Below, one piece after another: positions 34,973 to 44,488 of a stretch of DNA of 64,000 bases. Each line of letters opens with the position of its first letter. Position 1 is the stretch's first letter. The notes under the pieces were generated by a model, which was given only the letters and a program-made list of their open reading frames with translations, was not told where the DNA came from and searched no databases. This stretch comes from Dehalococcoidia bacterium. Lineage in GTDB: Bacteria > Chloroflexota > Dehalococcoidia > Lucifugimonadales > UBA3495. Both the position numbers and the translations under genes were made by a program. The stretch spans positions 1,571,919-1,635,918 of the forward strand of contig OZ244817.1 in the NCBI GenBank assembly GCA_965220305.1, written 5' to 3'.

Positions 34973-37741
34973 CTACGTCTGCCCTTCCAACTTCAGGGCC
35001 GCCTGGGCCGCCGCCAGCCGGGCCACCGGCACCCGGTAGGGGGAGCAACTTACGTAGTCCAGTCCCACCCGGTGGCAGAAGGCCACGCTGGCCGGGTCTC
35101 CGCCGTGCTCGCCGCAGATGCCCAACTCCAGATCGGGCCGGGCCCGGCGACCCGCGTTCACGGCGGCGCTGATGAGCGCGCCCACCCCCTCGGGGTCTAT
35201 GGTGGCGAAGGGGTCGGCGGGCAGGATGCCCTCGCCGGTGTAGAAGCCCAGGAACTTGCCCTGGGCGTCGTCACGGCTGAACCCGTAGGTCATCTGGGTC
35301 AGGTCGTTGGTGCCGAAGCTGAAGAAGTCCGATTCCTGGGCAATTTCCCCGGCAGTCAGCGCCGCCCTGGGGGTCTCGATCATAGTGCCGAACTTGTAGG
35401 GCACAGCTACATCCAAGTCCGACTGTACCCGGTCCGCCACCGCAGTCAGACATTCCCGCAGCCGCCGCATCTCTTCCACGTGGACCGTCAGGGGGACCAT
35501 TATCTCCGGGCGCACGTCGAATCCCTGTTGGACCAGGTTGGCACTGGCGGTGATGATTGCCTCCACCTGCATTTGGTAAATGGCCGGATAGCTGAGTCCC
35601 AGGCGGCAACCCCGGTGCCCCAGCATGGGGTTGGCCTCCCGGTGGGAGTCCACCAGGCGCAGGAATTCCTCCTTCTCCTGAAGCTCGGGTGACGCCGCGC
35701 CGTTCCGGGCGCGCAGCTCCGCCACCTCGGTGAGCAGCGATTCGTAGTTGGGTAGGAATTCGTGCAGGGGGGCGTCCAGCAGGCGAATAATCACCGGGCG
35801 GCCCTGCATTGCCCGCAGAATGCCGGTGAAGTCCCCGGTCTGGAACTCCCGCACCCGGGCCAACGCCTGGTGGAAGTCTGCCACGGCCTCCGGCAAATTG
35901 GGAACGTTCAGTGGGTCCTCGGCCCGGTCTGGGTGGGCCCGACGCCACTCCTCGGCAGACTCGGCGTTGAGCAACATCTGGCGTACCGTGGGCAACCGTT
36001 GCGGGTCCAGGAACATGTGCTCGGTGCGGCACAGCCCGATGCCCTCGGCCCCCATCGCCACCGCCTGGACGGCATCCGCCGGCGTATCGGCGTTGGCCAT
36101 CACTCCCAGGGTGCGAGACTCATCGGCCCAACGCAGCAACACCTGGGCCTGGGCCAAGTCTTCCAACCGGACCTGCTCCGTTTCCAACTCGCCAAAGTAG
36201 ACATTGCCGGTGGAACCATCAATGCTGATGTACTGGCCCCGGTGGACGGTGCGCCCGTTGGCGATGAAGCGCCCCTGTTCCACGTCCACCTGCACGCCTT
36301 CACAGCCAACGATGCAGGGCTTGCCCAGGCCCCGGGTGACCACGGCGGCGTGGCTGGTAACGCCGCCCCGGCTGGTCAGGACTCCGGCGGCGGCAGTAAT
36401 GCCGTGAATGTCATCGGGCTTGGTTTCGGGCCGGACCAGGATTACCGGGGTGCCCTGTTGAGCAGCGGTCACGGCATCGTCGGCCTGGAAGTACACCCGG
36501 CCCGAGGCCGCTCCCGGGGAAGCTGCCGCGCCCTGGGCCAGGAAGGTTGATTGCACCTCCGGCGAGTCCGAACCCACTTTGAAGCTGGGCACCAGCAGTT
36601 GGAGAATATCCTCAGGCTCCACCCGCTCCAGGGCCTGCTCCCGGCTAATCAGCCCCTCGTACACCATGTCCACCGCTGCCTTCACCGCCGCCGTGGGAGT
36701 GCGCTTGGCGCTGCGGGTTTGCAGCAGGAAGAGGCGTCCATTCTCAACGGTAAACTCCACGTCCTGGATGTCCCCGTAGTGGGCTTCCAGTTGGTGGGCC
36801 AGTTCCAACAACCGGCGGTGGGTCTGGAACATGGTATCGGCCAGGCCGGAGATGGGTTGGGGAGTGCGCAGCCCCGCCACCACGTCTTCGCCCTGGGCGT
36901 TGGACATGAACTCCCCGTAGACCTCTCTGACGCCGGTGGAGGGGTCGCGGGTGAACAGTACGCCGGTGCCGCTGGTAGGCCCCAGGTTGCCGAATACCAT
37001 GCTCATCACGGTGACGGCGGTGCCCAGGTTGTGGGGTATGCCGTAGTAGTTGCGGTAATGGATGGCCCGGGGATTGTTCCAGCTACCGAACACCGCCTCG
37101 ATGGCCCTCTCCAACTGGGCCCAGGGGTCTTGGGGCACGTCCTCGCCGGAGATGCGGCGGATGGCGGCTTTGAAGTCGGCGACGACCTCGCGTAGCTGGT
37201 CGGTGTCCAGCTCGTAGTCTTGAGAGACTTCGGCCCGCCGCTTGTGTCGGGTGAGGATATCCTCGAAGGCGTCGTGGTTCACACCCAGTACCACATCGGC
37301 GTATATTTGGAGGAAGCGACGGTAGGCGTCGTAGGCGGGGCGAGTGTCGCCCATGAGGTCGGCCAGGCCGTCAACAATATCGTCGTTGATGCCCAGGTTG
37401 AGAATGGTATCCATCATGCCGGGCATGGAGACCCTGGCGCCGGAGCGCACCGACACCAGCAGCGGGTTGTACGGAGAGCCAAAGCCCTTGCCCAAGGACT
37501 TTTCCAGGTGGTGGACGCCCTTCTGGACGCCCTCCCACAGGCCCTCGGGGAACTGCTGCCCCAGCTCGAAGTAGTTGAGGCAGGCCTGGGTGGTGACAAT
37601 GAAGCCCGGAGGGACGGGCAAGCCGAGGCGGGTCATTTCGCAAAGGCTGCTTCCCTTGCCGCCCAACTCGTCAACCATCGAAGCCGAGCCTTCATCGAAT
37701 CGGTACAACAGCTTGGTGTTCTGGGGGTTTTTCGCTACCAT
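34973..37741 (-). CDS. ppdK: pyruvate, phosphate dikinase
   Basis: 922 aa; ELGGKGSSLCEMTRLGLPVPPGFIVTT, phospho-His region TSRGGVTSHAAVVTRG, C-terminal PEP-utilising TIM barrel GICGEHGGDP. Confidence 0.95.
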   Translation of the reverse strand: MVAKNPQNTKLLYRFDEGSASMVDELGGKGSSLCEMTRLGLPVPPGFIVTTQACLNYFELGQQFPEGLWEGVQKGVHHLEKSLGKGFGSPYNPLLVSVRSGARVSMPGMMDTILNLGINDDIVDGLADLMGDTRPAYDAYRRFLQIYADVVLGVNHDAFEDILTRHKRRAEVSQDYELDTDQLREVVADFKAAIRRISGEDVPQDPWAQLERAIEAVFGSWNNPRAIHYRNYYGIPHNLGTAVTVMSMVFGNLGPTSGTGVLFTRDPSTGVREVYGEFMSNAQGEDVVAGLRTPQPISGLADTMFQTHRRLLELAHQLEAHYGDIQDVEFTVENGRLFLLQTRSAKRTPTAAVKAAVDMVYEGLISREQALERVEPEDILQLLVPSFKVGSDSPEVQSTFLAQGAAASPGAASGRVYFQADDAVTAAQQGTPVILVRPETKPDDIHGITAAAGVLTSRGGVTSHAAVVTRGLGKPCIVGCEGVQVDVEQGRFIANGRTVHRGQYISIDGSTGNVYFGELETEQVRLEDLAQAQVLLRWADESRTLGVMANADTPADAVQAVAMGAEGIGLCRTEHMFLDPQRLPTVRQMLLNAESAEEWRRAHPDRAEDPLNVPNLPEAVADFHQALARVREFQTGDFTGILRAMQGRPVIIRLLDAPLHEFLPNYESLLTEVAELRARNGAASPELQEKEEFLRLVDSHREANPMLGHRGCRLGLSYPAIYQMQVEAIITASANLVQQGFDVRPEIMVPLTVHVEEMRRLRECLTAVADRVQSDLDVAVPYKFGTMIETPRAALTAGEIAQESDFFSFGTNDLTQMTYGFSRDDAQGKFLGFYTGEGILPADPFATIDPEGVGALISAAVNAGRRARPDLELGICGEHGGDPASVAFCHRVGLDYVSCSPYRVPVARLAAAQAALKLEGQT

Positions 37742-37801
37742 GACGGGCGCCTCCTCTTCCAGCTAGGCCCTTGCGGCCAGTGGGCTAAAGATGTGCCCGC
37801 T

Positions 37802-37807
37802 ATTATA
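37802..37807 (-). promoter_or_regulatory. perfect TATAAT -10 hexamer upstream of ppdK
   Basis: The minus strand reads ...gataaggTATAATagcggg..., about 60 nt before ATG 37741 in an AT-rich gap; the -35 is weak. Confidence 0.3.
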
Positions 37808-37965
37808 CCTTATCTTGTTATCGGCTTTCGTAGATTACTTTGTAATAATATTCCCTACTTCGGCAGTTCTTTGGCCTACATTCGTAACCAGCAACCCGCA
37901 ATTTGAGTATAAACAGGACCCAGCGCCAAGTCCGGCATGAATCGCGGTGTCAATACGCCAATTCG

Positions 37966-38973
37966 TTATATCTCGCGAAACTCCGGGGTAGGCTCTTCCA
38001 GGTAGAAGCCGTTGGCCCAGAGGTCGTCCAATTGGGCCTGCTCCTCGTCGGTCAAGATGGGGGTATCCACCGCCGCGGTGTAGTCCTCCAACTCCTCCAA
38101 GGTGGTGAAATTGGGGAGCACCGAAACGATGGAGGGTTGGTACAGGCAGAACTGGATGGCGGCCTGGGATAGGGTGCGTCCCACCTCATCACCGGAGAGA
38201 AACTTCACCTGCTCCACCTTTTGCAGGGCCTCCCGCAGCCACTCCATGCGGCGGTGGGAGCGGTGGTCGCCCTCGGTGAAGGTGGGCGCCTCGGTGTAGC
38301 GGCCCGTAAGCGCCTCCGAGGCGTGGGGCACCCGGGAAAGCAGCCCCACCTCTTCCTGCTGGGCAATGGGGAAGAAGTCCTTGGCCGGGTCCTGTTCCAG
38401 GATGCTGTAGATAATTTGGACGCTGCTGACGTGGCGCTCCTTCATGGAGACCTCGCCCTCCTCGAACCAGCCGATGTCCGGGCCCAGGGCGGAGCCGTAG
38501 TAACGGATTTTGCCCTCTTCCTTCAGCAATTCCAGGGTCTCGAACAGGTCGTCGCGCTCCAGGGCGTCGATGCGGGGATTGTGAATCTGGTAAATGTCGA
38601 TGTAGTCGGTATTGAGGCGGCGGAGGCTCTGCTCGCAGGCGAAGCGGACGAAATCCGGGTCGAACTTCTGGGGGCGCTCCTGGTGTCCGATGCGGGGGGT
38701 GAGTTTATCGTAGAAGTCGTAGCCAAACTTGGTGGCGATGACCATCTCGTGGCGGCGGTGGCCCAGGAACTTGGCCAGGATTTCCTCGCCGTAGCCCTCG
38801 CCGTAGGTATCGGCGGTATCGAAGAAGTTGACGCCCAACTCCACGGCGTTTTCCAGCAGGGCGCGGCGTCCTTCTTCGGGGATTTTGCCCCACCAGGTGG
38901 TGGCGACGGTCCAGACGCCGAAGCCCACCTCGGAAAGTTGGAGGTCGGTGCGGGGAAGCTGTCGGTATTTCAT
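37966..38973 (-). CDS. aldo/keto reductase
   Basis: MKYRQLPRTDLQLSEVGFGVWT...FFDTADTYGEGYGEEIL. Confidence 0.9.
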   Translation of the reverse strand: MKYRQLPRTDLQLSEVGFGVWTVATTWWGKIPEEGRRALLENAVELGVNFFDTADTYGEGYGEEILAKFLGHRRHEMVIATKFGYDFYDKLTPRIGHQERPQKFDPDFVRFACEQSLRRLNTDYIDIYQIHNPRIDALERDDLFETLELLKEEGKIRYYGSALGPDIGWFEEGEVSMKERHVSSVQIIYSILEQDPAKDFFPIAQQEEVGLLSRVPHASEALTGRYTEAPTFTEGDHRSHRRMEWLREALQKVEQVKFLSGDEVGRTLSQAAIQFCLYQPSIVSVLPNFTTLEELEDYTAAVDTPILTDEEQAQLDDLWANGFYLEEPTPEFREI

Positions 38974-38997
38974 GGTTGTATGTCCTGTTTAGGGTTG
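38947..38997 (-). repeat. 51-bp direct repeat, copy B (AKR 5' UTR/RBS plus first 9 codons)
   Basis: ggtgcggggaagctgtcggtatttcatggttgtatgtcctgtttagggttg; 49/51 identical to 39383-39433. Confidence 0.95.
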
Positions 38998-39001
38998 GGG
39001 T

Positions 39002-39409
39002 CTATGTAAACAATCCTGCGTGTATCAATCTTTCCGTTACTATTGAGCGGCTGCACGGCTCCCGGCCGTCATTCAGGTTGGCGAAAAAACCGTCGGATTT
39101 ACGGGCAGCATACATCACGTTATCCTGGTCCATGAACCACAAACTGACCCGGCGATGGTCGGGGAACCGCCAGACGGCGCAAATCCAACCTTCAGGGGAG
39201 CAAGCCAGATCCACCTTGCCCTCGGATTCCACCGCGCCGAAAAACGCCAGAAACCCGCGGGCGCTTTCCGGGGTGACCGGCATATCCCCTTCCTCCAAGT
39301 CCTCGTCGGAGGCGAAGTAGGCGATACGCTGGGCTAAATCATGCCTACCCCAGCCACGCAGAACCTTACACACATCGTAGATGGTGCGGGGAAGCTGTCG
39401 GTATTTCAT
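39002..39409 (-). CDS. hypothetical 135-aa protein with a chimeric start (first 9 codons identical to the AKR gene)
   Basis: MKYRQLPRT then an unrelated sequence IYDVCKVLRGWGRHDLAQRIAYF...; no motif recognised. Confidence 0.45.
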   Translation of the reverse strand: MKYRQLPRTIYDVCKVLRGWGRHDLAQRIAYFASDEDLEEGDMPVTPESARGFLAFFGAVESEGKVDLACSPEGWICAVWRFPDHRRVSLWFMDQDNVMYAARKSDGFFANLNDGREPCSRSIVTERLIHAGLFT

Positions 39410-39433
39410 GGCTGTATGTCCTGTTTAGGATTG
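39383..39433 (-). repeat. 51-bp direct repeat, copy A
   Basis: ggtgcggggaagctgtcggtatttcatggctgtatgtcctgtttaggattg. Confidence 0.95.
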
Positions 39434-39440
39434 AGAATAG

Positions 39441-41261
39441 TTAGGCCGGGAGGTTAGCCATCGGATTGCCAAACGCACCCGCTAGTTGCAATGCTCCATA
39501 TAGATTGGATTCAATCAAGCGGTAATTCGCTGGGGTACGGAAAAATTCCCGGTATCCTGTGAACTCACCACGCCGGTCTGATTCCTGCAGGGCATTCCTG
39601 ATTGCAGCAATAGCAACTCCGTAAATCGGTGCGAACCAGTTGTTGATTTCATCCGCAATTGTTGAGGCCCGATGTTCGGGAAACAGTCTGCCCTGCAAGT
39701 TGTAATGGTCTCTCAGAATGTCGCCGACAAGCCATACGATATGAAAACGAGCATATTCCAGCCACTGCTCATTTGATTTGCCCTTATTAACTTGCTTCCA
39801 TACCTTTCGTTGTATTACCGCTGGCAGCAACAATTGGATAGCAGCAACGCTATCTGTGTAGATGGTTTCGTAACTGAAATCACCTTCACGTGCTAATGAA
39901 GGTATATTTTCCTTGTTTAGGAAACTGCGTATATTGTCTTTTGCCTCACCTGGGAAGCCAGCAAAGGACACGACAGCCTGTGCGACCTCCTTGCTAGTTA
40001 ATTTCCTATACCCTCCTTCTGGGTCGCGATAAGGCTCTTTGGCCGATGTTCCACCCAGCATTTTGTCCCATTCGCCCCGTTTGATCTGGTAGAACCATGG
40101 TGGGACCATTCCTTCTAACTCTCTCTTAAGCCTGATTTGCACTACCTCAGTAGATGTGAAGTCCTCGGCTCGTAAAGCAGTTTGGCGGTTAGTGGTCCTA
40201 GCAATAGTGGGAGCGAAACTCTTTGGACATTCCGTCAGTTTGACAGTTACTAGGACAGTAGGGTCATTTACAATTGTGGCGCGTGTATCCCACAAAGTGA
40301 CAGTAGTTTGACAGCCGTTGATTATCTGAAAATCTCTCACAAACAACTGCCCTTCATCGAGTCGATATGACTCGCAAATGGCCGTGATACCGTTATTAAG
40401 TAAATGGAATCTACGGCGTTCTATTTCATCGTTCAAGGTAGTCTTAATAGAATTGTTGACCTTATTCCCCAACGGGCCACGCGGATTCTCGCGAAAGATT
40501 TTATAACTATGCATGCCGAACACATTAATAATTTGCCTAACAGGGACAGTCATAGACAGTGTGCGGTAATCGGTGTCAGTGCCAGTCTGATGATACGTAC
40601 CATCCTCAAGCTGAAATGTGAAATCACATACTGCATTTGGGTCTTCACTCGTTTGCTGATTATCGTGTTTCTGGTAGAGGTCGGTCAGATCAAGGCACTC
40701 AAGAGTTACCGCGACTTCGGTGGGGTTGCCGTTAATGTCGAAAGTCAATTTCCTCGTACGATTTGCCTCGGCGTTTCGGCGTGCCGTTGGGCTCAACGAC
40801 CCGCTGGTAGCCCAAACCATATTGATGGAGCACGGTCGGTCTCGTGAGGTTAGCCTCTTGACAAGTTCGTCGTGCAAAGCCTTTGTTTCATCATTACGAC
40901 AGGCAGCGACTTCTATGGCATTCAACAAACGATTGGGAGCGTTTAAAAAGGCTGCAAATTCCCCTGCACTCATGGTAGTTACAGGTTGGCGGTATTTGCT
41001 CTGGAATAAATGAACAACTGAGTCGTCATCGGACTCCGGGATGAAATACCCGTCAACCTCGAAGTCATCAGGCCCGTCAATAGCCGTGTACCCCACAATG
41101 TCGTTGCCTTGGACGTCGTGGCCTATGGTCAGAGTCGTTGCGAAAGCCCAGTGGTGGAAGCCTTGTTCGAGGCTTCCACCGTAGTATTCTATTGCTGCTT
41201 CCTCAATGAAGGGCAGGACATGGTCATAGCTATCTTGCAGCCGTTGGCGTCTGCTAGTCAT
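39441..41261 (-). CDS. AIPR-family abortive-infection protein
   Basis: RRFHLLNNGITAICESYRLDEGQLFVRDFQIINGCQTTVTLW is the AIPR hallmark. N-terminal D...D...LFQSKY nuclease-like pattern. Start at ATG 41261 (MTSRRQ), 2 nt after the upstream gene's stop. Low-GC codon usage. Confidence 0.8.
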   Translation of the reverse strand: MTSRRQRLQDSYDHVLPFIEEAAIEYYGGSLEQGFHHWAFATTLTIGHDVQGNDIVGYTAIDGPDDFEVDGYFIPESDDDSVVHLFQSKYRQPVTTMSAGEFAAFLNAPNRLLNAIEVAACRNDETKALHDELVKRLTSRDRPCSINMVWATSGSLSPTARRNAEANRTRKLTFDINGNPTEVAVTLECLDLTDLYQKHDNQQTSEDPNAVCDFTFQLEDGTYHQTGTDTDYRTLSMTVPVRQIINVFGMHSYKIFRENPRGPLGNKVNNSIKTTLNDEIERRRFHLLNNGITAICESYRLDEGQLFVRDFQIINGCQTTVTLWDTRATIVNDPTVLVTVKLTECPKSFAPTIARTTNRQTALRAEDFTSTEVVQIRLKRELEGMVPPWFYQIKRGEWDKMLGGTSAKEPYRDPEGGYRKLTSKEVAQAVVSFAGFPGEAKDNIRSFLNKENIPSLAREGDFSYETIYTDSVAAIQLLLPAVIQRKVWKQVNKGKSNEQWLEYARFHIVWLVGDILRDHYNLQGRLFPEHRASTIADEINNWFAPIYGVAIAAIRNALQESDRRGEFTGYREFFRTPANYRLIESNLYGALQLAGAFGNPMANLPA

Positions 41262-41263
41262 AA

Positions 41264-41566
41264 TCAGTTGCTCAAGTGCAGCATTACCATGTCCTCTTGC
41301 CAAGGCAGATTTCTTATCCACTTCATCAGGGCGTTTCTATCGTGCTTTTCAAGGTTGTGGCTTGTGGCCCATCTGCTAGCTCGCGTTCTTAAACCAACCC
41401 GGCTGAACTCGTACCACCCGTTGTTGTCCCAGCCACCTCCCCAAGTATCGTCTTCATCGGGTGCCCCACTGAAGGGGTCAAGCATCAGGTCAAATAGGAA
41501 ATCGTATATCGGCGGTCGAGGCTGCGACAGATATTCGATTTGGACTACCCCCACATCCAAGCTCAT
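41264..41566 (-). CDS. hypothetical 100-aa protein coupled to the AIPR gene
   Basis: GGAGG 8 nt upstream of ATG 41566 (MSLDVGVVQIEYL...DDTWGGGWDNNGWYEF...). The stop TGA is followed by 2 nt and then the AIPR ATG. Confidence 0.5.
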   Translation of the reverse strand: MSLDVGVVQIEYLSQPRPPIYDFLFDLMLDPFSGAPDEDDTWGGGWDNNGWYEFSRVGLRTRASRWATSHNLEKHDRNALMKWIRNLPWQEDMVMLHLSN

Positions 41567-41636
41567 CGTAGGCGCCTCCAATATCAGGATGCCTACGGTT
41601 TACCGGACCCCCACGGCGGTTGTCAACGGCGAGCTG

Positions 41637-42221
41637 TCACACCCGCACCAGCCCCAGGCTGCCCTTAATCTCGTCTACCCGGCGCTGGAATTCTTCGTCG
41701 GAAAGCACCGGGGTCAGCTTGCCCAGGTCTACCCGGGGGATGATGTCCACCCAGGAGGTGCAGCCCCGGTACTCGGGGATGAAGGGCACGCTCACCGGCT
41801 GCTCCAACTCGTACACCCGCAGCAGCATGATGGACAGGGGCAGCATGGGCTTCCAGTGCAGCCGCGACTGGGCGTAGGCGTTGGTCCAAATGTGGTGGGG
41901 CGAGAGGTCGTCCACCTTGTCCTGGTCCGATACCTCCACCAGCTCCTCCACTTTGCCGAAGTGGGTGAAGGTTATGGTGTCGCTCTGGGGCGTCTCTTCC
42001 AGGAGCCGGGACAAGCTCGGCTGGTGCTCGTCCTTGAGCAGGTCTTCTCGCTGGTGCTCGTAGGTAGGGTAGAGGACAAACTCGGGATGTATTACCCGGA
42101 AGTCCTTTCCCTCTTCGTGAATGCCTCCCTTGCGTAGCAGCAACACCTGTTGGCCTTCGGCCAGGGCGCGCACGGTCACCGCCCATTCTTTGAGGGCGAC
42201 TTGACAGCGATTTGGTAGCAT
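41637..42221 (-). CDS. DUF1802 family protein
   Basis: ALKEWAVTVRALAEGQQVLLLRKGGIHEEGKDFRV..PEFVLYPTYEHQ. Confidence 0.7.
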   Translation of the reverse strand: MLPNRCQVALKEWAVTVRALAEGQQVLLLRKGGIHEEGKDFRVIHPEFVLYPTYEHQREDLLKDEHQPSLSRLLEETPQSDTITFTHFGKVEELVEVSDQDKVDDLSPHHIWTNAYAQSRLHWKPMLPLSIMLLRVYELEQPVSVPFIPEYRGCTSWVDIIPRVDLGKLTPVLSDEEFQRRVDEIKGSLGLVRV

Positions 42222-42346
42222 CTTTCTTCTCCGCAGTCTCGATTCGGCAGTTGGGTGTTACCCCAATGTTAACATCCTGGCGGTGTTGGCCTCAATCCCT
42301 GGGCTGGGAAGGAGGGGGCAGCGAAGGGCTTGCCCTCTCCCGCATC

Positions 42347-42377
42347 CCCCGGGTTCCCGCTTTCGCGGGAACGACGG
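42347..42377 (-). repeat. REP-like palindromic unit
   Basis: cccccgggttcccgctttcgcgggaacgacgg. Confidence 0.7.
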
Positions 42378-42387
42378 AAAAGAGACG

Positions 42388-42417
42388 CCCTGGATTCCCG
42401 CCTCCGCCGGAATGACG
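42388..42417 (-). repeat. REP-like palindromic unit
   Basis: ccctggattcccgcctccgccggaatgacgg. Confidence 0.7.
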
Positions 42418-42447
42418 GGGCATGGGGTAGGACATGGCTGCGCCAGG

Positions 42448-43272
42448 CTAGTCCGTTATAAGGTGCTCCAGCCGCAGCAGCCGGGCCAGGTTGCGGCTCG
42501 TCGCCTGGGCCACTTCTTCCAAGCTGACTCCCTTCAAATCTGCCAACTGTTGGGCCACCTCCCTAACATGGCGGGGCTCGGTCCAATTGTGGCGGTACTT
42601 CTTGAAGGGCTGGGGATAGGCGTCGGTCTCCAGGACGATGTTCTCCAGGGGGATGACCTTGGCCACCTCCTGCAACTCGGGCAGCCGGGTCAGGGGGCGC
42701 GCCAAGGATATGAAGAAGCCGCACTCGATGGCCTGGCGGGCGGTGGGTTCGTCCCCCTGGAAGTAGTGCATCACCCCGCCCACCTCGTCGGCGCGCTCCT
42801 CTCGCAGGGTACGGAACACCTCCGGGTGCGACTCCCGGGAGTGGAAGATGACGGGCAAGTTGAGGCTGCGGGCCAGGCGCACCTGTTCCCGCAACACCTG
42901 GTACTGGACCTCGTGGTCCGGCGACTCGGGAAGGAAGTCCAGGCCAATCTCGCTGATGCAGACCACCTTGGGGTTGTTTCTTGCCAGGTCTTCCAGTTGG
43001 TTGTAGGTATCGTCGTCGATGGGCTGGTTGGCCTGCATGGGGTGAATGCCCACCCCGGCGTAGAAAACGTCATGCTCCTGGGTCATCTGGATACAGGAGC
43101 GGGTGGACTCCAGGGTCGTCCCGGCGCAGATGATGAACCTCAGCCCGGCCTCGTCGGCCCGCTCCAATATTCCCGGAATCTCCTCGGGAGCGTACTGGTC
43201 CAGGTGGGTATGGGCGTCGGCCAGCGGATGTATGTTGGGTGTGGTCATCGGGTCTTCCTCTCCCTCGTACAT
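42448..43272 (-). CDS. TatD-family metal-dependent hydrolase
   Basis: LADAHTHLDQY...GVGIHP...ISEIGLDF...VIFHSRE...GVMHYFQG. Confidence 0.85.
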   Translation of the reverse strand: MYEGEEDPMTTPNIHPLADAHTHLDQYAPEEIPGILERADEAGLRFIICAGTTLESTRSCIQMTQEHDVFYAGVGIHPMQANQPIDDDTYNQLEDLARNNPKVVCISEIGLDFLPESPDHEVQYQVLREQVRLARSLNLPVIFHSRESHPEVFRTLREERADEVGGVMHYFQGDEPTARQAIECGFFISLARPLTRLPELQEVAKVIPLENIVLETDAYPQPFKKYRHNWTEPRHVREVAQQLADLKGVSLEEVAQATSRNLARLLRLEHLITD

Positions 43273-43347
43273 TTGGTTATAGGGGGCGGCCCTTCGACGG
43301 GCTCAGGGTGAGCGGTTCTTGTTCCCCCACCCCGGCGCATGTAGGAC

Positions 43348-44301
43348 TTAGAAAGGCAACTCCTGTCCGATTCCCTGGTCCACGGCCTTGCGGTAGACCA
43401 GTTGGGCCGCGGCGATGTCCTCCAGGGCCACCCCCAGGGACTCGAAGAGGGTGATGGACTGGTCCCTGGGACGGCCCGCCACCCGGCCCGCCACCACGTC
43501 CTGCAACTGGTGGGCCATGTCCCAGCGGAAAGTGCCCCGGGCCTGGGGCCAGATTAGGTCGCCGCACTCGGCCTTGGCTTGTTCCAGGTCGTCCACCACA
43601 ATCACGTCGGCGCGGGTGACGGTGGCCTCGTCCACCTCCCGGCGCATCCAGTGGTTGCCCCCGGCGGCGTTGACGTGGGCCCCATCGCCCAGCCATTCTC
43701 CCTGCAGCACCGGGTCCCGGGCCGAGGTGATGGTAATTACCACGTCGGCCCCATCGACGCACTTTTCGCCGCTGTCCACCGGATTCACCGCCACGCCCAG
43801 CCGCTCCGACATCTGCTTGGCGAACTCCTCCCGGCGCTCGGCCCGGCGGCTGTAGACTCGGGCCTCTCGGATGTCCCGCACCGTACACACCGCTTCCAGT
43901 TGGGTGCGGGCCTGGAAGCCCGCCCCGATGACCGCGACAACTCCCGCGTCGGCCCGGGCCATGTGCTTGGTGGCCAACCCCGAGGCCGCCCCGGTGCGAA
44001 TCTGCCCCAGACGTCCCGCTTCCAGGCAGGCCAGGAGCAGGCCGTTCTCGTAGTCGTAGAGCATCACCAGGAACTTGTTGCCCGGCCCCATGGAGGGGTA
44101 GGCCTTGTAGCCGAAGACCCCGTGCTGGGCGTCGGCGGCGGCCATGAAGTGGAACAGGCCCTTGGGCATACTGATGCGGGAGCGGGGTTTGTTCTCCACG
44201 TCCCCCCCTCCGGCGTGGGCAAAGGCTTCCTCCAACACGTCAACGCATTCCTTCATGGGAAGCAATTGCGCCACTTCGCGCTCATTCAAAAACAGGGCCA
44301 T
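43348..44301 (-). CDS. ornithine cyclodeaminase / mu-crystallin family protein
   Basis: MALFLNEREVAQLLPMKECVDVLEEAF...VAVIGAGFQARTQLEA... Confidence 0.8.
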   Translation of the reverse strand: MALFLNEREVAQLLPMKECVDVLEEAFAHAGGGDVENKPRSRISMPKGLFHFMAAADAQHGVFGYKAYPSMGPGNKFLVMLYDYENGLLLACLEAGRLGQIRTGAASGLATKHMARADAGVVAVIGAGFQARTQLEAVCTVRDIREARVYSRRAERREEFAKQMSERLGVAVNPVDSGEKCVDGADVVITITSARDPVLQGEWLGDGAHVNAAGGNHWMRREVDEATVTRADVIVVDDLEQAKAECGDLIWPQARGTFRWDMAHQLQDVVAGRVAGRPRDQSITLFESLGVALEDIAAAQLVYRKAVDQGIGQELPF

Positions 44302-44488
44302 GAAATCCTCCCCGCTGGTAGGTGGGCCGGAAGCACCAATCTAACAAAGCTGACGGCTAAGTATAGCACTAGTTAGGACCGGGCAATGCTGGTAAACTTC
44401 CCTGTAGTTGGGCCACGGGCTTGCCAAAACCAGGCCCCGCAGCCACCGGGATAACCCCGCCCAAAGACCCGCAACCACAGGGGGATTT

